DNA of 64,000 nucleotides from Dendrobates tinctorius (taxonomy: Eukaryota): the NCBI RefSeq assembly GCF_039654945.1, contig NW_027361824.1:10974001-11038000 (forward strand). The letters are read 5' to 3'. Positions 11,510 to 25,159 of the stretch are shown here, in pieces. The position numbers were made by a program, and so were the translations under genes. Numbering within the stretch: the first letter of the stretch is position 1; every line of letters begins with the position of its first letter. The notes under the pieces are model-generated. The model saw only the letters and a list, made by a program, of their open reading frames with translations. It searched no databases and was not told where the DNA came from.

Positions 11510-12740
11510 TGGAAGCCGGTACCTGCACTAAAAGGGAATGGACCAGAGGAAGCCGGTACCTGTACTTAAAGGGAATGGACCAGAGGAAGCCGGTACCTGC
11601 ACTAAAAGGGAATGGACCAGAGGAAGCCGGTACCTGTACTTAAAGGGAATGGACTAGAGGAAGCCGGTACCTGCACTAAAAGGGAATGGACCAGAGGAAG
11701 CCGAGACCTGCACTATAAGGGAACGGACTACTGGAGGAAGCCGGGACCTATACTTAAAGGGAACGGACCAATAGAGGAAGCTGGGACCTGCACTTAAAGG
11801 GAACGGACCACTGGAGGAAGCCGGGACCTGCACTTAAAGGGAACGGACCGCTAGAGGAAGCCGGGACCTGCACTATAAGGGAATGGACCACTGGAGGAAG
11901 CCGGGACCTGTACTTAAAGGGAACGGACCAATAGAGGAAGCCGGGACCTGCACTAAAAGGGAATGGACCAATAGAGGAAGCCGGTACCTGCACTATAAGG
12001 GAACGGACCAATAGAGGAAGCCGGGACCTGCACTAAAAGGGAATGGATCAATAGAGGAAGCCGGTACCTGCACTATAAGGGAACGGACCAATAGAGGAAG
12101 CCGGGACCTGCACTAAAAGGGAATGGATCAATAGAGGAAGCCAGGACCTGCACTATAAGGGAACGGACCACTGGAGGAAGCCGGGACCTGTACTTAAAGG
12201 GAACGGACCAATAAAGGAAGCCGGTACCTGCACTTAAAGGGAATGGACCGCTAGAAGAAGCCGGTACCTGCACTTAAAGGGAACGGACCGCTAGAAGAAG
12301 CCGGGACCTGCACTTAAAGGGAACGGACCGCTAGAGGAAGCCGGGACCTGCAGTTAAAGGGAACGGACCGCTAGTGGAAGCCGGGACCTGCACTTAAAGG
12401 GAACGGACCGCTAGTGGAAGCCGGGACCTGCACTTAAAGGGAACGGACCGCTAGTGGAAGCCGGTACCTGCACTTAAAGGGAACGGACCGCTAGTGGAAG
12501 CCGGTACCTGCACTTAAAGGGAACGGACCGCTAGAGGAAGCCGGTACCTGCACTTAAAGGGAACGGACCGCTAGAGGAAGCCGGTACCTGCACTTAAAGG
12601 GAACGGACCGCTAGAGGAAGCCGGTACCTGCACTTAAAGGGAACGGACCGCTAGAGGAAGCCGGTACCTGCACTTAAAGGGAACGGACCGCTAGAGGAAG
12701 CTGGTACCTGCACTTAAAGGGAATGGACCAATAGAGGAAG
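11510..12740. repeat. ~40-bp minisatellite (GAGGAAGCCGGTACCTGCACTTAAAGGGAACGGACCGCTA)n
   Basis: Tandem array in COA6 intron 1. Confidence 0.95.
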
Positions 12741-12870
12741 CCGGTACCTGTGCTTAAAGGAAATGTCCATATTGCACCTAAGTCCTCAGATTACAAAGTG
12801 AATCAGCAGAAAAATGAAGCCAACATCACCGCTGATCACTTGGGTCTTAATATTGTCTCCTCACCCTTAA

Positions 12871-13012
12871 AGGGATTTTACAAGATTGGAAAAGCATGGC
12901 GTCTTCCTCCTAGTAACGGCATCACTCCAGCGCTTAAGTTTATTGAGCTGAGCTTCATTACCACACGTAACCATGGATCAAAGGAAAGTTGCTTTTCTGG
13001 AGGACAACCCCT
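12871..13012. mobile_element. Short TTAA-flanked T2/Kolobok-like MITE
   Basis: TTAA|AGGGATTTT...ACAACCCCT|TTAA termini. Confidence 0.55.
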
Positions 13013-13842
13013 TTAAGTCCTTGGCAGCGTGGACTATATATCCATTATACATATAGGTATCTGTGCAGGCTCTGTGGTTGGTGTATATTACAGGATCAGA
13101 GTTCACTGTGATCTCCACGGTTTTACCGTATACCTACTGCATTGAGTAGCAGCCCCGGCATGTAAGCGGGTAATCAGAGGGATCGCAGTCCACACTGCAG
13201 TTGGTGGGTGTCTAGCGGTAATAATGGCCGGCAGCTCTCCTGTGTGTGCAGATATCAGACGCTGCTGAATAATCGATGGATTGCAGTGTTTTATAGAAGC
13301 AATTAAAGGAATTATTCCCTTTCCATATGACAGAAGAAAACTTACTGAAACCTGGGAGTCCAGAACCAGAAGAACCGGGGAGGTTCTGCATTCATTGTCT
13401 ATAGGATGGCAAGAGAAAGCGGAGCGCTGTTCAACCATCTCCAGCAGTCCCATATATAATGAATGGAGCACAGGTCAAACGTGCAAACCAGATCCTTGAT
13501 TTCTGCAGCAGTTGGACCCTCAGATATAAGTAAGTTGTTATGTCTTATCCTACAGAATGCTGAAAACTTGAAATTCCAGAAATAAAATCTAAACTAAAAG
13601 TAATAAAGTTTAAAAATGCGCTCCTGAATAACAGCACTAAGAGGAAATCACAGGATGGAGACGTCATTGACCTGCAAATGATGGAAATCACATTCACAAT
13701 CTCTGAATTTCTTCAGTCTGTAGTCTGAGCCTTACACTGAAATGTACTTTAGTAAATCATCATGATCCGCTGCGGGCATTTCCTGTGTGATCACCAACTA
13801 ATGACATCACCGATGTGCTGGCTAGAGACAAGTCCGGAGACA

Positions 13843-14105
13843 CTGCGGCCGCGGGGCGACGAGTGTGGCGGCGCTGCGGCCGCGGGGCGACGAGTGTGGC
13901 GGCGCTGCGGCCGCGGGGCGACGAGTGTGGCGGCGCTGCGGCCGCGGGGCGACGAGTGTGTCGCGGCGCTGCGGCCGCGGGAGACGAGTGTGGTTGATGC
14001 TGCGGCCACGGGAGACGAGTGTGGTTGATGCTGCGGCCACAGGAGACGAGTGTGGTTGATGCTGCGGCCACGGGAGACGAGTGTGGTTGATGCTGCGGCC
14101 ACGGG
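13843..14105. repeat. 31-bp CpG-rich minisatellite containing NotI sites
   Basis: GCGGGGCGACGAGTGTGGCGGCGCTGCGGCC units grading into less CpG-rich variants. Confidence 0.9.
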
Positions 14106-14905
14106 AGCAGGTTCAGGCCACACAGGCGTTTCATAGTACAACGAATGTGTAGCCTGCTATCATGTGGCAAAACCGACACTTTGGAGAAATGGCCACACCA
14201 AATCAATGCAACAGCAAGCTGTTAGTGCATCGGGAATGGAGACTAGAGGGGTCCGACTTGTAATTATATATAATTTTATAATAAGTATTTTAGACAAAAA
14301 AAGAGAAAACACAAACCTTTTTCCCCATCTTTAAAATGCTACATACATATAATATATATTGTGTGCACACATTGTGTCGCGTATATGTAATGTCTCTACT
14401 GTAAAATGATCACGGTATTTAATCTGCGCAGAGAACGCCATAATAAAATATATATATTGCAGCTGCATAGTTGTAGTTTTATTCATTTTTTTTTTTTTTT
14501 TTTTTAATGGAATAAAGATAATCAAAAGTTACACATACCCCAAATATTACTAATGAAACATCATCTTGTCCCACGCAGTCACGCTGCTATTAAATATATT
14601 TATTACTTCCTACCGGGAGAAAAACAAGTTCTGGAACACTAAATGAATATCATCATCATTCTATATGTCAAAATAGCTCTCCAGCAGCAGCGCCCATTGT
14701 TTTTATGGCCCCTCGTACCGGGATTTGTTGGGGTCCTTATTCACCCCACCAGTGTGTATCTGTCACTTGGCCTCCAGTTTTGGTTGTACGTCTTCTGAAT
14801 AGACTCTTTTCATACAGTGAATGTGATCATTCTTATAGTACTTTATTAGGCCTCCACCTTTGTCCCTATAACATGATTTTTTTTCCCCCCTATTGTAGTG
14901 GTGAG

Positions 14906-15049
14906 ATGACGGCTCCCTCCGCTCAGGAAAGAAAGGCTTGCTGGGATGCGAGGGACAAGTACTGGCAGTGTCTGCAGGACAATAAAGAGGATGCAGAACA
15001 ATGTCAGCAGTTTAGACAAGGCTTTGAAGGCCTCTGTCCCCGACAATGG
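14906..15049 (+). CDS. COA6: Cytochrome c oxidase assembly factor 6, first coding exon
   Basis: MTAPSAQERKACWDARDKYWQCLQDNKEDAEQCQQFRQGFEGLCPRQW: CX9C...CX10C pattern recognisable as COA6; acceptor ttgtag at 14898, donor GTAGGT at 15050. Confidence 0.93.
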
Positions 15050-15623
15050 GTAGGTAATGCTATTACAGGGTTTTGGTGCTAAAATCCATACATGTGTTGT
15101 CTAGTAGTAGTGCAGCCACACTGCTTTGGACCCAAGAGCCCTGGTAGTACCGGTCCAGGTGCCCCAGTTGTGCAGCCCCGCTGCTTTTGCCATGACAGTC
15201 CTGGCATTGCATCTATGATTCAGGAAAGTCTCATGTTAGTATCATTCTTCTTTGCTTCCGGCGAGTAACCCCTTTGCTTTGGTCCCGACAGTCCTTGTAA
15301 TACCGGCTCCGCTGCTCTTGGCCTACAGTCCCAGGACTCAATCCCTGTTGCTTTGTGGCCCTGTCAGTAGTGCAGCCCCACTAATATTCAGTAATTTAGC
15401 AAATCTTTCTATTTATACCGTCTTTATCCTGAGTTATGCTTTTTACTCCAGTCACATCCAGAGCTGCGCCTACAAGTTTACTTGTTTATTTTTAAATCCT
15501 AGACTGCTGCTCTTTGCTGTTTAGTTGAGGTCCTAAGGCCCGGGCTATACCGCTGTGTTAAAATGTGTGATGTCATCAGATCAATATGATGTCACGTGTT
15601 ACCCACATGTGTCATCAAATGTA

Positions 15624-17194
15624 CAACCCCAATTCTAGAAATGTTGGGCTGCTGTATAAAATTATAAAGAAAACAAGAATGTAATGATGTGGAAATCTCT
15701 TATCGCCATATTTTATTCACGGGAGAACAGATCAGAAGTTGAACGTTGGACATTTTTTCACTTCATTTGAAAAAATTAACTAATTTAGAAATTGATGGCA
15801 GCGAAGCATCTAAAAAAAAATTGTTAGGACAGGGTTAACAAAAGTCTGGAAAAGTAAATGACACTAATAAAACAGCCGAGAGTCAGTGACATGACTGTAT
15901 AAAGAGCATGTGAGAGAGGCAGAGTCTCCCAGCAGCAAAGATGGTCAGAGGTCACTGATCTGTGAACAACTGCGTCTAAGAATTGTGGACTACGGCAACT
16001 TCAGAAAAACATTCAATGTAAAACTGCAAAGAATTTGAATATCCACCATCTACAGGACACAACATCAAGAGATTGTGGAGAAATCCACATGCCCAAGAGA
16101 CAAAACCGATTGTCAGTATTGGAGACTGGTGATCTCTGGGCCAACAGGCGGCTGCATTGAAAAGAGGCAGGATTCGGGGAACTGTGGAATACGTCCAGAA
16201 ATCATTGTCACAAAGAAGAAGCCATAAATCGTCACACCCAGAAACGCTGCAGTCTTCTCTGGGCCAGAGCTCCTTTATAATGGACAGAGGCAAAATGTTA
16301 ACTTGTTCTGTGGTCAGTTGAAGTGAAATTCTTTATGGAAATCACCGACGCAAGGCCCTGTGGACTTAGGGGAGGTATCATCCTCTTTATCGAAGAGAGG
16401 GGCCGTCCGGCTCGCTATCGAGGAGAGGGGCCGTCCGGCTCGCTATCGAGGAGAGGGGCCGTCCGGCTCGCTATCGAGGAGAGGGGCCGTCCGGCTCGCT
16501 ATCGAGGAGAGGGGCCGTCCGGCTCGCTATCGAGGAGAGGGGCCGTCCGGCTCGCTATCGAGGAGAGGGGCCGTCCATCTTGTTATCTCTGATGTATGGG
16601 GGGGGGGGCATAAGTGTCGATGGCAGGGGCAGCACACACATGAGAGGCGCCATCAATGCTGAGCGTTATATAGAGGTGATAGAACATCATCTGCTCCATC
16701 CAGGCAAGATCTACTTCAGGGAAGGACAATGGTAAACCCTCTCCTGCCTCCATTTTAGCAGTGCGGCTCCACAGAAGAGGAGTCCGGGGATGAACCGGCC
16801 GCCTCCAGTCTGGACCTTCCACCAATAGGAAACAATTGGTGCATTATGAAATGAAAAATCTGGTAAAGACCTAGAACTGTGGAGCAAAATCCGACATCAG
16901 GCAAGTATGGAACAACATTACTGTCTCCAAACTCCCAATATTGTCTCCTCACATCCCAGACACTTACAGACTGGTGTAAGAAGGAGACGCTGCACAGCGG
17001 TGGACACGGCCCGGGCACAGCTGGTCTGAGATTTGTTGCTGCCATCAATTAAGTGTTACTTTTTTCAGATGAAATGGAAAAATATCCAACCTTCAACTTC
17101 TGATCTGTCCTTTGTTCTGCTGTGAATAAAATCTGGAGCTATTTCCAATCATTTGTTTTCTTTACATTTTAGGCATTTTGGTTGCACAGCGTTG
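15624..17194 (+). mobile_element. Highly degenerate Tc1-like transposon in COA6 intron 2
   Basis: TA|CAACCCCAATTC...GTTG|TA ends; decayed transposase motifs (e.g. SPDLPPIGNNW at about 16806-16840). Confidence 0.65.
16388..16577. repeat. 28-bp minisatellite (GAGGAGAGGGGCCGTCCGGCTCGCTATC)n inside the decayed Tc1
   Basis: About 6.5 near-identical units. Confidence 0.92.
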
Positions 17195-17318
17195 TAGAGT
17201 GCTGTGCATCAATGGATCTCTATTATCAGGATGTGGATGCAGCTTCAGATGTGACTGGAGGACAAGACCTGATTGGTTGTGTGAGGATTGCGCTGATTTT
17301 CTGATTCCTCCCTTGCAG

Positions 17319-17414
17319 ATCAAATACTTTGATAAGAGAAGAGATTTCCTAAAATTCAAAGAACAAATGGAAAGGAAAGGATTCGAGCCTGCAACATCTA
17401 CGGAGAACACGTAG
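17319..17414 (+). CDS. COA6: Cytochrome c oxidase assembly factor 6, last coding exon
   Basis: ccttgcag acceptor; IKYFDKRRDFLKFKEQMERKGFEPATSTENT*; joined protein is 79 aa; AATAAA at 17598-17603. Confidence 0.93.
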   Translation: MKYFDKRRDFLKFKEQMERKGFEPATSTENT

Positions 17415-18508
17415 CGCTGGGGCTACCGTGTGTACGGGGGGGATTTTATTAATCTGCACCTCGCCCCCCCCCCCCCCCCCATCTCTTCGTCCTCCCATTT
17501 TTGTAAAGTACAAGTTGTTATTTAGGAGACATGAGACATAAGTGACTATGGATTGAATGGTGATTTGGGATCCTGCTGCTTTTATGTATACATAGAAAAT
17601 AAATATAAACTGACGATCATGTGTCTCTTTGTGTTATTTACACCAGTCACACGGGGTGGGGGGGGGGACGATCGCCACCGGGTGTCAGCTGATTCTGACA
17701 GCTGACACCCGGCACTAGGTGCCAGGGGCAGTCACACACCGCTCCCGGCACTTTAACCCCCAAACTGCTGCGATCGAATACGATCGCATCATTCCGGAAG
17801 CCTACACAGGGCTGACAGCCCCTCTGCCTTTGCATCGGAGACCCCACGGCGTGCTGCGAGATCCCGATCGTTGCCATAATGACCCGATCTTGTCATGACG
17901 ACATCCGGGTCACCAGGGCGAGGAAACTTGCTGATCATGCAGTGTATGATGAGCATGTTTGTCAGTGCAGCGCTGACAGCTTCTATGGCATACAGATGCT
18001 GCTTCATCTCCATGCTATAGCAGCGATCAGCCTGTACAAAATGAGTGGCCCATAGTGGGACTAAGTAAAACAGTAAAAAAAAAAAAAAAAGTTTTAAGTT
18101 GTAAAAAAAAATTTAAAAATGAAAAATTATAAAAAAACAACAATATTCTAGCTCTAAATATTTGGAAAAAAATCTAATAAGTACACATATTTGGTATTGC
18201 CACAACGACCTGACCTATAAAACTGTCCCAGTAGTTAACCCCTTTAGTGAACACCATAAAAGGCAAAAAATAATGCTTTATCATCATCATCATCTCCGAA
18301 CAAGAAGTGGAATAACACACGGATATAAATAAACGTAGTACCGCTGAAAACGTCATCTTGTCCCGCAAAAATCAAGACCTCACAGGACTGTGGGCCAAAA
18401 TATGGAAAAATTATAGCCCTCAAAATGTGATGCAAATACTATATTTTGCAATAAAAAGCGTCTTATAGCGTATGACAGCTGCCAAACATAAAAACCCGCT
18501 ATACAATA

Positions 18509-20103
18509 CAGTGGGGGGGAAAAAAGTATTTAGTCAGCCCCCAATTGTGCAAGTTCTCCCACTTATAAAGATGAGAGCGGCCTGTAACTGGCATCATAGG
18601 TGACCACAACTATGAGAGTCACAATGAGAAAACAAATCCAGAAAATCACCTTGTCTGATTTGGTAAGATTTATTTTGCCAATTATGGTGGAAAATAAGTA
18701 TTTGGTCATTAACAAAACTTCATCTCAATATTTTGTTATATATCCTTTGTTGGCAATGGCAGAGGTCAAACGTTTTCTGTAAGTCTTCACAAGGTTGGCA
18801 CACACTGTTGTTGGTATGTTGGCCCATTCCTCCATGCAGATCTATAGAGCAGTGATGTTTTGGGTCTGTCGCTGGGCAACACAGAATTTCAACTCCCTCC
18901 AAAGGTTTTCTATGGAGATGAGATCTGGAGACTGGCTAGGCCACACCAGGACGTTCATATGCTTCTTATGAAGCCACTCCTTCGTTGCCCTGGCAGTGTG
19001 CTTGGGATCATGATCATGCTGAAAGACCCATCCACATTTCATCTTCAATGCCCTTGCTGATGGAAGGAGGTTTGCACTCAAAATCTCACAATACATGGCC
19101 CCATTCATTTTCACGTACACAGATCAGTCATCCTGGTCCCTTTGCAGAGAAACAGCCCCAAAGCATGATGCTGCCACCCCCATGCGTCACAGTAGGTATG
19201 GTGTTCTTTGGATGCAACTAAGCATTCTGTCTCTTCCAAACATGAAGAGTTTTGTTTCTACCAAACAGTTCTACTTTGGTTTCATCAGACCATAGGACAT
19301 TCTCCCAATACTCTTATGGATAATCTAAATGCTCTCTAGCAAACTTCAGACGGCCCGGACATGTACTGGCTTAAGCAGGGGGACACGTCTGGCACTGCAG
19401 GATCTGAGTCCCTGGCGGCGTAGTGTGTTACTGATGGTAGCCTTTGTTACATTGGTCCCAGCTCTATGCAGGTCATTCACTAGGTCCCCCCGTGTGGTTC
19501 TTGGATTTTTGCTTACCGTTCTTGTGATCATTTTGACCCCACGAGGTGAGATCTAGCGGGGAACCCCAGATGGAGGGAGATTATCAGTGGTCTTGTATGT
19601 CTTCCATTTTCTTATTATTGCTCCCAAAGTTGATTTCATCACACCAAGCTGCTTGCCTATTGCAGATTCAGTCTTCCCAGCCTGGTGCAGGGCTACAATT
19701 TTGTTTCTGGTGTCCCTCGACAGCTCTTTGGTCTTCACCATAGTGGAGTTTGGAGTGTGACTGTTTGAGGCTGTGGACAGGTGACTTATACTGATAACAA
19801 GGTCAAACAGGAGCCATTACTACAGGTAATGAGTGGAGGAAAGAGGAGCCTCTTAAAGAAGAAGTTACAGGTCTGTGAGAGCCAGAAATCTTGCATGTTT
19901 TAGGTGACCAAACACTTATTTTCCACCATAATTTGCAGAATAAATCTTACCAAATCCGACAAGGTGATTTTCTGGATTTGTTTTCTCATTTTGACTCTCA
20001 TAGTTGCGGTCGACCTATGATGCCAATTACAGGCCGCTCTCATCTTTATAAGTGGGAGAACTTGCACAATTGGGGGCTGACTAAGTACTTTTTTTCCCCA
20101 CTG
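18509..20103 (-). mobile_element. Tc1/mariner transposon, disrupted transposase
   Basis: TA flanks; inverted repeats CAGTGGGG...AAAAAGTA.TTAGTCAGCC; ORF fragments MVKTKELS (19553-19741), 19346-19531, 18842-19120 ([16 protein letters not shown]). Confidence 0.93.
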
Positions 20104-20106
20104 TAA

Positions 20107-21325
20107 GGCCTCTTTCACACGTCCCGATATTTCCAGTACTGAAAGTGTCAGTGTCTATGTGTGTAATACTTGCAGAAAACGTGTGGCATCAGTACCTCAC
20201 GGACAGGCGCCAGGGAAGAAGCGCTACAGTAAGTGCTGTTCCTTAGTGCTGAACACTGCTCTCATCATTCTTCCCTGCTCTGCCGGCGATCAGCGCAAGC
20301 AGGGTAGAATCATAAGAGTTAGTTACATTTAAGAGATAAGAGACAGCAGGCAGCGGCTGATGGGACTATTATTCCCATCAGCCTACCCCTGCTGCTGCTA
20401 ATAACACTGACGACAGGAGCGGCTGAGAGGGGTATCCATCAGCTGCCACCTGCGCTTTGTATTGTCACATGACAATAAAAAGGTGACATCAACCCCACAA
20501 ATATGAAACCCACTTGCCACCGGTACAGAGCAAGTGGGAAGAGCCGGGCAAAGCGCCAGAATTGGCGCATCTAATAGATGTGCATTTTTTGGGCAGCTCC
20601 GGGCTGCTATTTTTAGGCTGAGGGGCCTAATATCCATGACCCCTTACCAGCCTGAGAATAACCAGCCCCCTGCTATGAGCTTTAGCAAGGCTGGTTGTCA
20701 AAAATGGGGGAACCCCATGCCGTTTTTAAAAAAAAATTTGTTTAAATAATTTAGAAATCAGCGTGATAACCCCTCTATTCTTGATAACCAGCCTTGCTGA
20801 AGCTGACAGCTGAGGGCTGCAGCCCCCAGCTGTGAGTTTTGCCTGGCTGGTTGTAGAAAATTCAGGGGAACTTACACCGCTTTTTTCATTTATTTATTGC
20901 ACACGCGGCGGCTGATGAATACTCCCATTATGCACTCCTGCTGTCACCGTTATTAGGTTATTAGTAGCAGCAGGAGTAGGCTGATGGGGGTAATAGTCCC
21001 ATCATCCACTGCCTGCTGTCTCTTCTACCACTTAGATGTAACTCATCATTCTCCGCTGTTCGCGCCGATCGCCGGCAGAGCAGGGGAGAATGATGAGAGC
21101 CATGTTCAGCATCCGGCGCCGGGGAGCAGCGCTTAGTGTAACGCTTCTTCCCCGGGACCGATGCATGTCACACGAATGACATACATGTGTGTTATGCATA
21201 TGCACGTGTGGGACGTTCTGTGGCCCGTGCAACATTAAAAAACGGACATGTCAGTGTGTTTTGCCCACGGACACACAGTCCATGGAAACACATTGACATG
21301 TGCACAGACCCGTTCACTTGAATAG
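20107..21325. mobile_element. Truncated Harbinger-like MITE with internal inverted repeats
   Basis: Starts TAA|GGCCTCTTTCACAC; inverted blocks 20200-20400 vs 20980-21160; right end missing. Confidence 0.5.
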
Positions 21326-23596
21326 GCAAATAGCGCTCCGTTCCTCCTCAGTCTCTCCGTAGTACTGTACAGCCACATAAGGGGTATTGCCACGTTCAGT
21401 AGAAATTGTGGGACAAATTTTGGTGCCATTTTACCCACTTCCTGTGTGAAATCTAAAATATTTGGCTAAAACAAGATTTTGGTGGTAATAATGTAATTAT
21501 TTTTTTCTTCACTTCCCAATGGTATAAAATTCTGTGACTCACCCATGGTGTCAATATGATCACTGCACCCCTAGATGAATTCATTGAGAGGTGTAGTTGG
21601 TAAAATGGGGTCACTTATGGGGGGGTTCTGCTGTTTTGGCACCTCAGGGGCTCTCCCAGTGGGTCATGGCACCTGCAAACCATAGCAGTAAAATCTGGCG
21701 CTCCTTACCTTCTGAGCTTTGCATTGTGCCTGAAAAATATTTCCCGATTACATGTAGGGTATTGGCGCACTCAGGAAAAATGGACCTCAGTTTGTTGTGA
21801 AAAAATTTCCTATTAGCCCTTAGAAAAATTAAAAACTTGGGGCTAAAACATTTTAGTGGTAAAAATGTAATTATTCTTTCTTCATCGCTCAGTGATATAA
21901 CACTGTGAGGCACATGTGGAGTCAATATGATCACTGCACCCCTAGATGAATTTATTGGGCAGTGTAGTTTCTATAATGAGTTCACATATAGGGGGTTTCT
22001 GTTGTTCTGGCACCTCAGGGGTTCTGCCAACGTGACATGGCCCCCTCAAACCATTCCAGCAAAATCTCAACTCCAATATGGTGCCGCTTCCCTTCTGAGC
22101 TTTGCTCTGTGCCTCCTATTCCCCCACATATGAGGTATCAGCGTACTCAAGAGAAATTCCACAACAACACTTGGGGTCCAATTTCTCCTGTTACCCTTGG
22201 TAAAATAAAACATAGGGGGCGAAAAGAATTTTTGTGGAAAAAAATGATTTTTTTTATTTTTACGGGTCTACATTATAAACTTCTGTGAAGCACTTGGGGG
22301 TTCAAAGTTCTCACCACAAATCTAAATAAGTTTCTTAGGGGGGTCTAGTTTCCAAAATGGTGTCACTTGTGGGGAGTTTCCACTTTTTAGGCACATCAGG
22401 GGCTCTGCAAACGCAACATGGCGTCCGATCAATTCCAGCTAATTTTGCATTGAAAAGTCAAACGGCGCTCCTTCCCTTCTGAGCTCTGCCATGCGCCCAA
22501 ACAGTAGTTTACCCCACATATGGGGCATCAGCATACTCAGGACAAAGTGCGCAACAACTTTTGGGGTCCAATTTCTCCTGTTACCCTTGGGAAAATAAAA
22601 AAAAATTGGATATGAAGTAATTTTTTTGTGAAAAAAAGTTAAAGGCTCATTTTTTTTTTTTAAACATTCAAAAAATTCCTGTGAAGCACCTGAAGGGTTA
22701 ATAAATTTCTTTAATGTGGTTTTGAGCACCTCGAGGGGTGCAGTTTTTAGAATGGTGTCACTTTTGGGTATTTTCTATCATATAGACCCCTCAAAGTGGC
22801 TTCAAATGTGAGGTGGTCCCTAAAAAAATGGTTTTGTAAAGTTTGTTATAAAAATGAGAAATTGCTGTTTAATTAACCCTTATAACTTCCTAACAAAAAA
22901 AAATGTGGTTCTAAAATTGTGCTGATGTAAAGTAAACATGTGGGAAATGTTACTTATTAAGTTTTTTGTGTGCCATATCTCTGTGATTTAAGGGCATAAA
23001 AATTCAAATTTGAAAAATTGCGAAATTTTCACCAAATTTCTGTTTTTCTTCACAAATAAACGCAAGTTATATGAATGAAATTTTACCACTAACATGAAGG
23101 ACAATATGTCATGAGAAAACAGTGTCAGAGTCACCGGGATCCATGGAAGCGTTCCAGAGTTATGACCTCATAAAGAGACAGTGGTCAGAATTGTAAAAAT
23201 TGGCCCGGTCATTAACGTGCAAGTTTTTCCATCGATGGAGCGGTGTGAGGGCTTTTTTTTATGGCGATCTGTGTATTTAATTGGTGCCATGTTCTGTTTC
23301 ATGCAACACTGATCACTTTATATTGTATTTTTGGGTTGCAGAGATGAAAAAAATGGCAATTTTGGCTTTTTATTTTTCTTTAACATTTATGGATTAAATA
23401 ATTTAGATATTTTTATACCTTGGACTGTTACAAGCACAATTGTTCCCAATAAGATTTTTTTTTTTTTTAAATAAAAAAAAAAAATGTTATTTCCTAGTTT
23501 CCCTGAGAGATGTTGAACATGAGAGTATTACAATATACAGTAAAATCATTCTCCAAAATTGCGGCAATAAAAGGGGCGTCCCTCTGTATGGCAACG

Positions 23597-24675
23597 GCAC
23601 ACTACAACCTCGACGTGGACGCGCCAAGGGCCACTACAACCTTGACGTGGGCGCACCAAGGGCCACTACAACCTCGAAGTGGGCGCACCAAGGGTCACTA
23701 CAACCTCGACGAGGGCGCATCAAGGGCAACTACAACCTCGACGAGGGCGCACCAAGGGCCACTACAACCACGACGAGGGCGCACCAAGGGTCACTACAAC
23801 CTCGACGAGGGCGCACCAAGGGCCACTACAACGACGTGGGCGCACCAAGGGCCACAAACTCGACATGGGCGCACCAAGGGTCACTACAACCTCGACGTGG
23901 GCGCACCAAGGGTCACTACAACCTCGACGTGGGCGCACCAAGGGCCACTACAACCACAATGTGGGCGCACCAAGGGCCACTACAACCTCGACGAGGGCGC
24001 ACCAAGGGCCACTACAACCACGATGTGGACGCACCAAGGGCCACTACAACCTCGACGTGGGCGCACCAAGGGCCACTACAACCATGACGAGGGCGCACCA
24101 AGGGCCACTACAACCTCGACGTGGGCGCACCAAGGGCCACTACAACCACGACCAGGGCGCACCAAGGGTCACTACAACCTCGACGAGGGCGCACCAAGGG
24201 CCACTACAACGACGTGGGCGCGCCAAGGGCCACAAACTCGACGTGGGCGCGCCAAGGGCCACTACAACCTCGACGTGGGCGCACCAAGGGCCACTACAAC
24301 CTCGACGTGGGCGCACCAAGGGCCACTACAACCTCGACGTGGGCGCACCAAGGGCCACTACAACCTCGACGAGGGCGCACCAAGGGTCACTACAACCTCG
24401 ACGAGGGCGCACCAAGGGTCACTACAACCTCGACGTGGGCGCACCAAGGGCCACTACAACCATGTCGAGGGCGCACCAAGGGCCACTACAACCACGATGT
24501 GGACGCACCAAGGGCCACTACAACCTCGACGTGGGCGCACCAAGGGCCACTGCAACCACGACGTGGGCGCACCAAGGGCCACTACAACCACGATGTGGAC
24601 GCACCAAGGGCCACTACAACCTCGGCGTGGGCGCACCAAGGGCCACTACAACCTCGACGTGGGTGCACCAAGGGG
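23597..24675. repeat. 32-bp minisatellite (CCACTACAACCTCGACGTGGGCGCACCAAGGG)n
   Basis: Tandem array, largely stop-free on the plus strand. Confidence 0.95.
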
Positions 24676-25159
24676 TACCTGAGCTCTATTTTACTCCATC
24701 ACATCCAGAGCCGCATTCAGATATTTGCTGGTTCCGTGTCTGGTCCAAGCATCCTTTAGCGGTCTACTGCTGTGGTTAGCGATTGCCTGCAGCGGTCACG
24801 AGTTCCTGAGTGTAGACATCATCATTTTAGCCAGAAGTGGAGACCCAACCAGCATCTCCACAGTGGGGAGGTATTTTTTATTTATTTTATTTTTATTTTT
24901 TAACCCTTTTGAAATAAACGTACAGGACAAACCCCTTTTTCGACAACATGGTCGAATCTGACAATCGCTGCTGGGAAAAAAAAAATTATTGCTGGGTTCA
25001 AAGGAATAGAAACACTAGAATTGTTGTTTGGTCGCCGCAACGCTATGAAAATAAATCTTATGTACTCAAAACGGTGCCAATAAAACCTACTGCTCAGCGT
25101 GCAAAATACAAGCAGTCCCATCACTCCAAGGATGGAAAAATCAAAAGGTTACGAACAGA

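Larger units (their letters stand above)
17660..23221. mobile_element. Large non-autonomous DNA-transposon relic with internal ~400-bp repeats, hosting a Tc1 and a MITE
   Basis: Hairpins (CCGGGTGTCAGCTG...CAGCTGACACCCGG) and recurring blocks between 21330 and 22800; termini not resolved, family uncertain. Confidence 0.45.

Noticed and set aside
23440-24779. Long ORFs (390, 366, 215 and 212 aa)
   Set aside because: Translations of the 32-bp minisatellite, open in all plus frames; no gene context.
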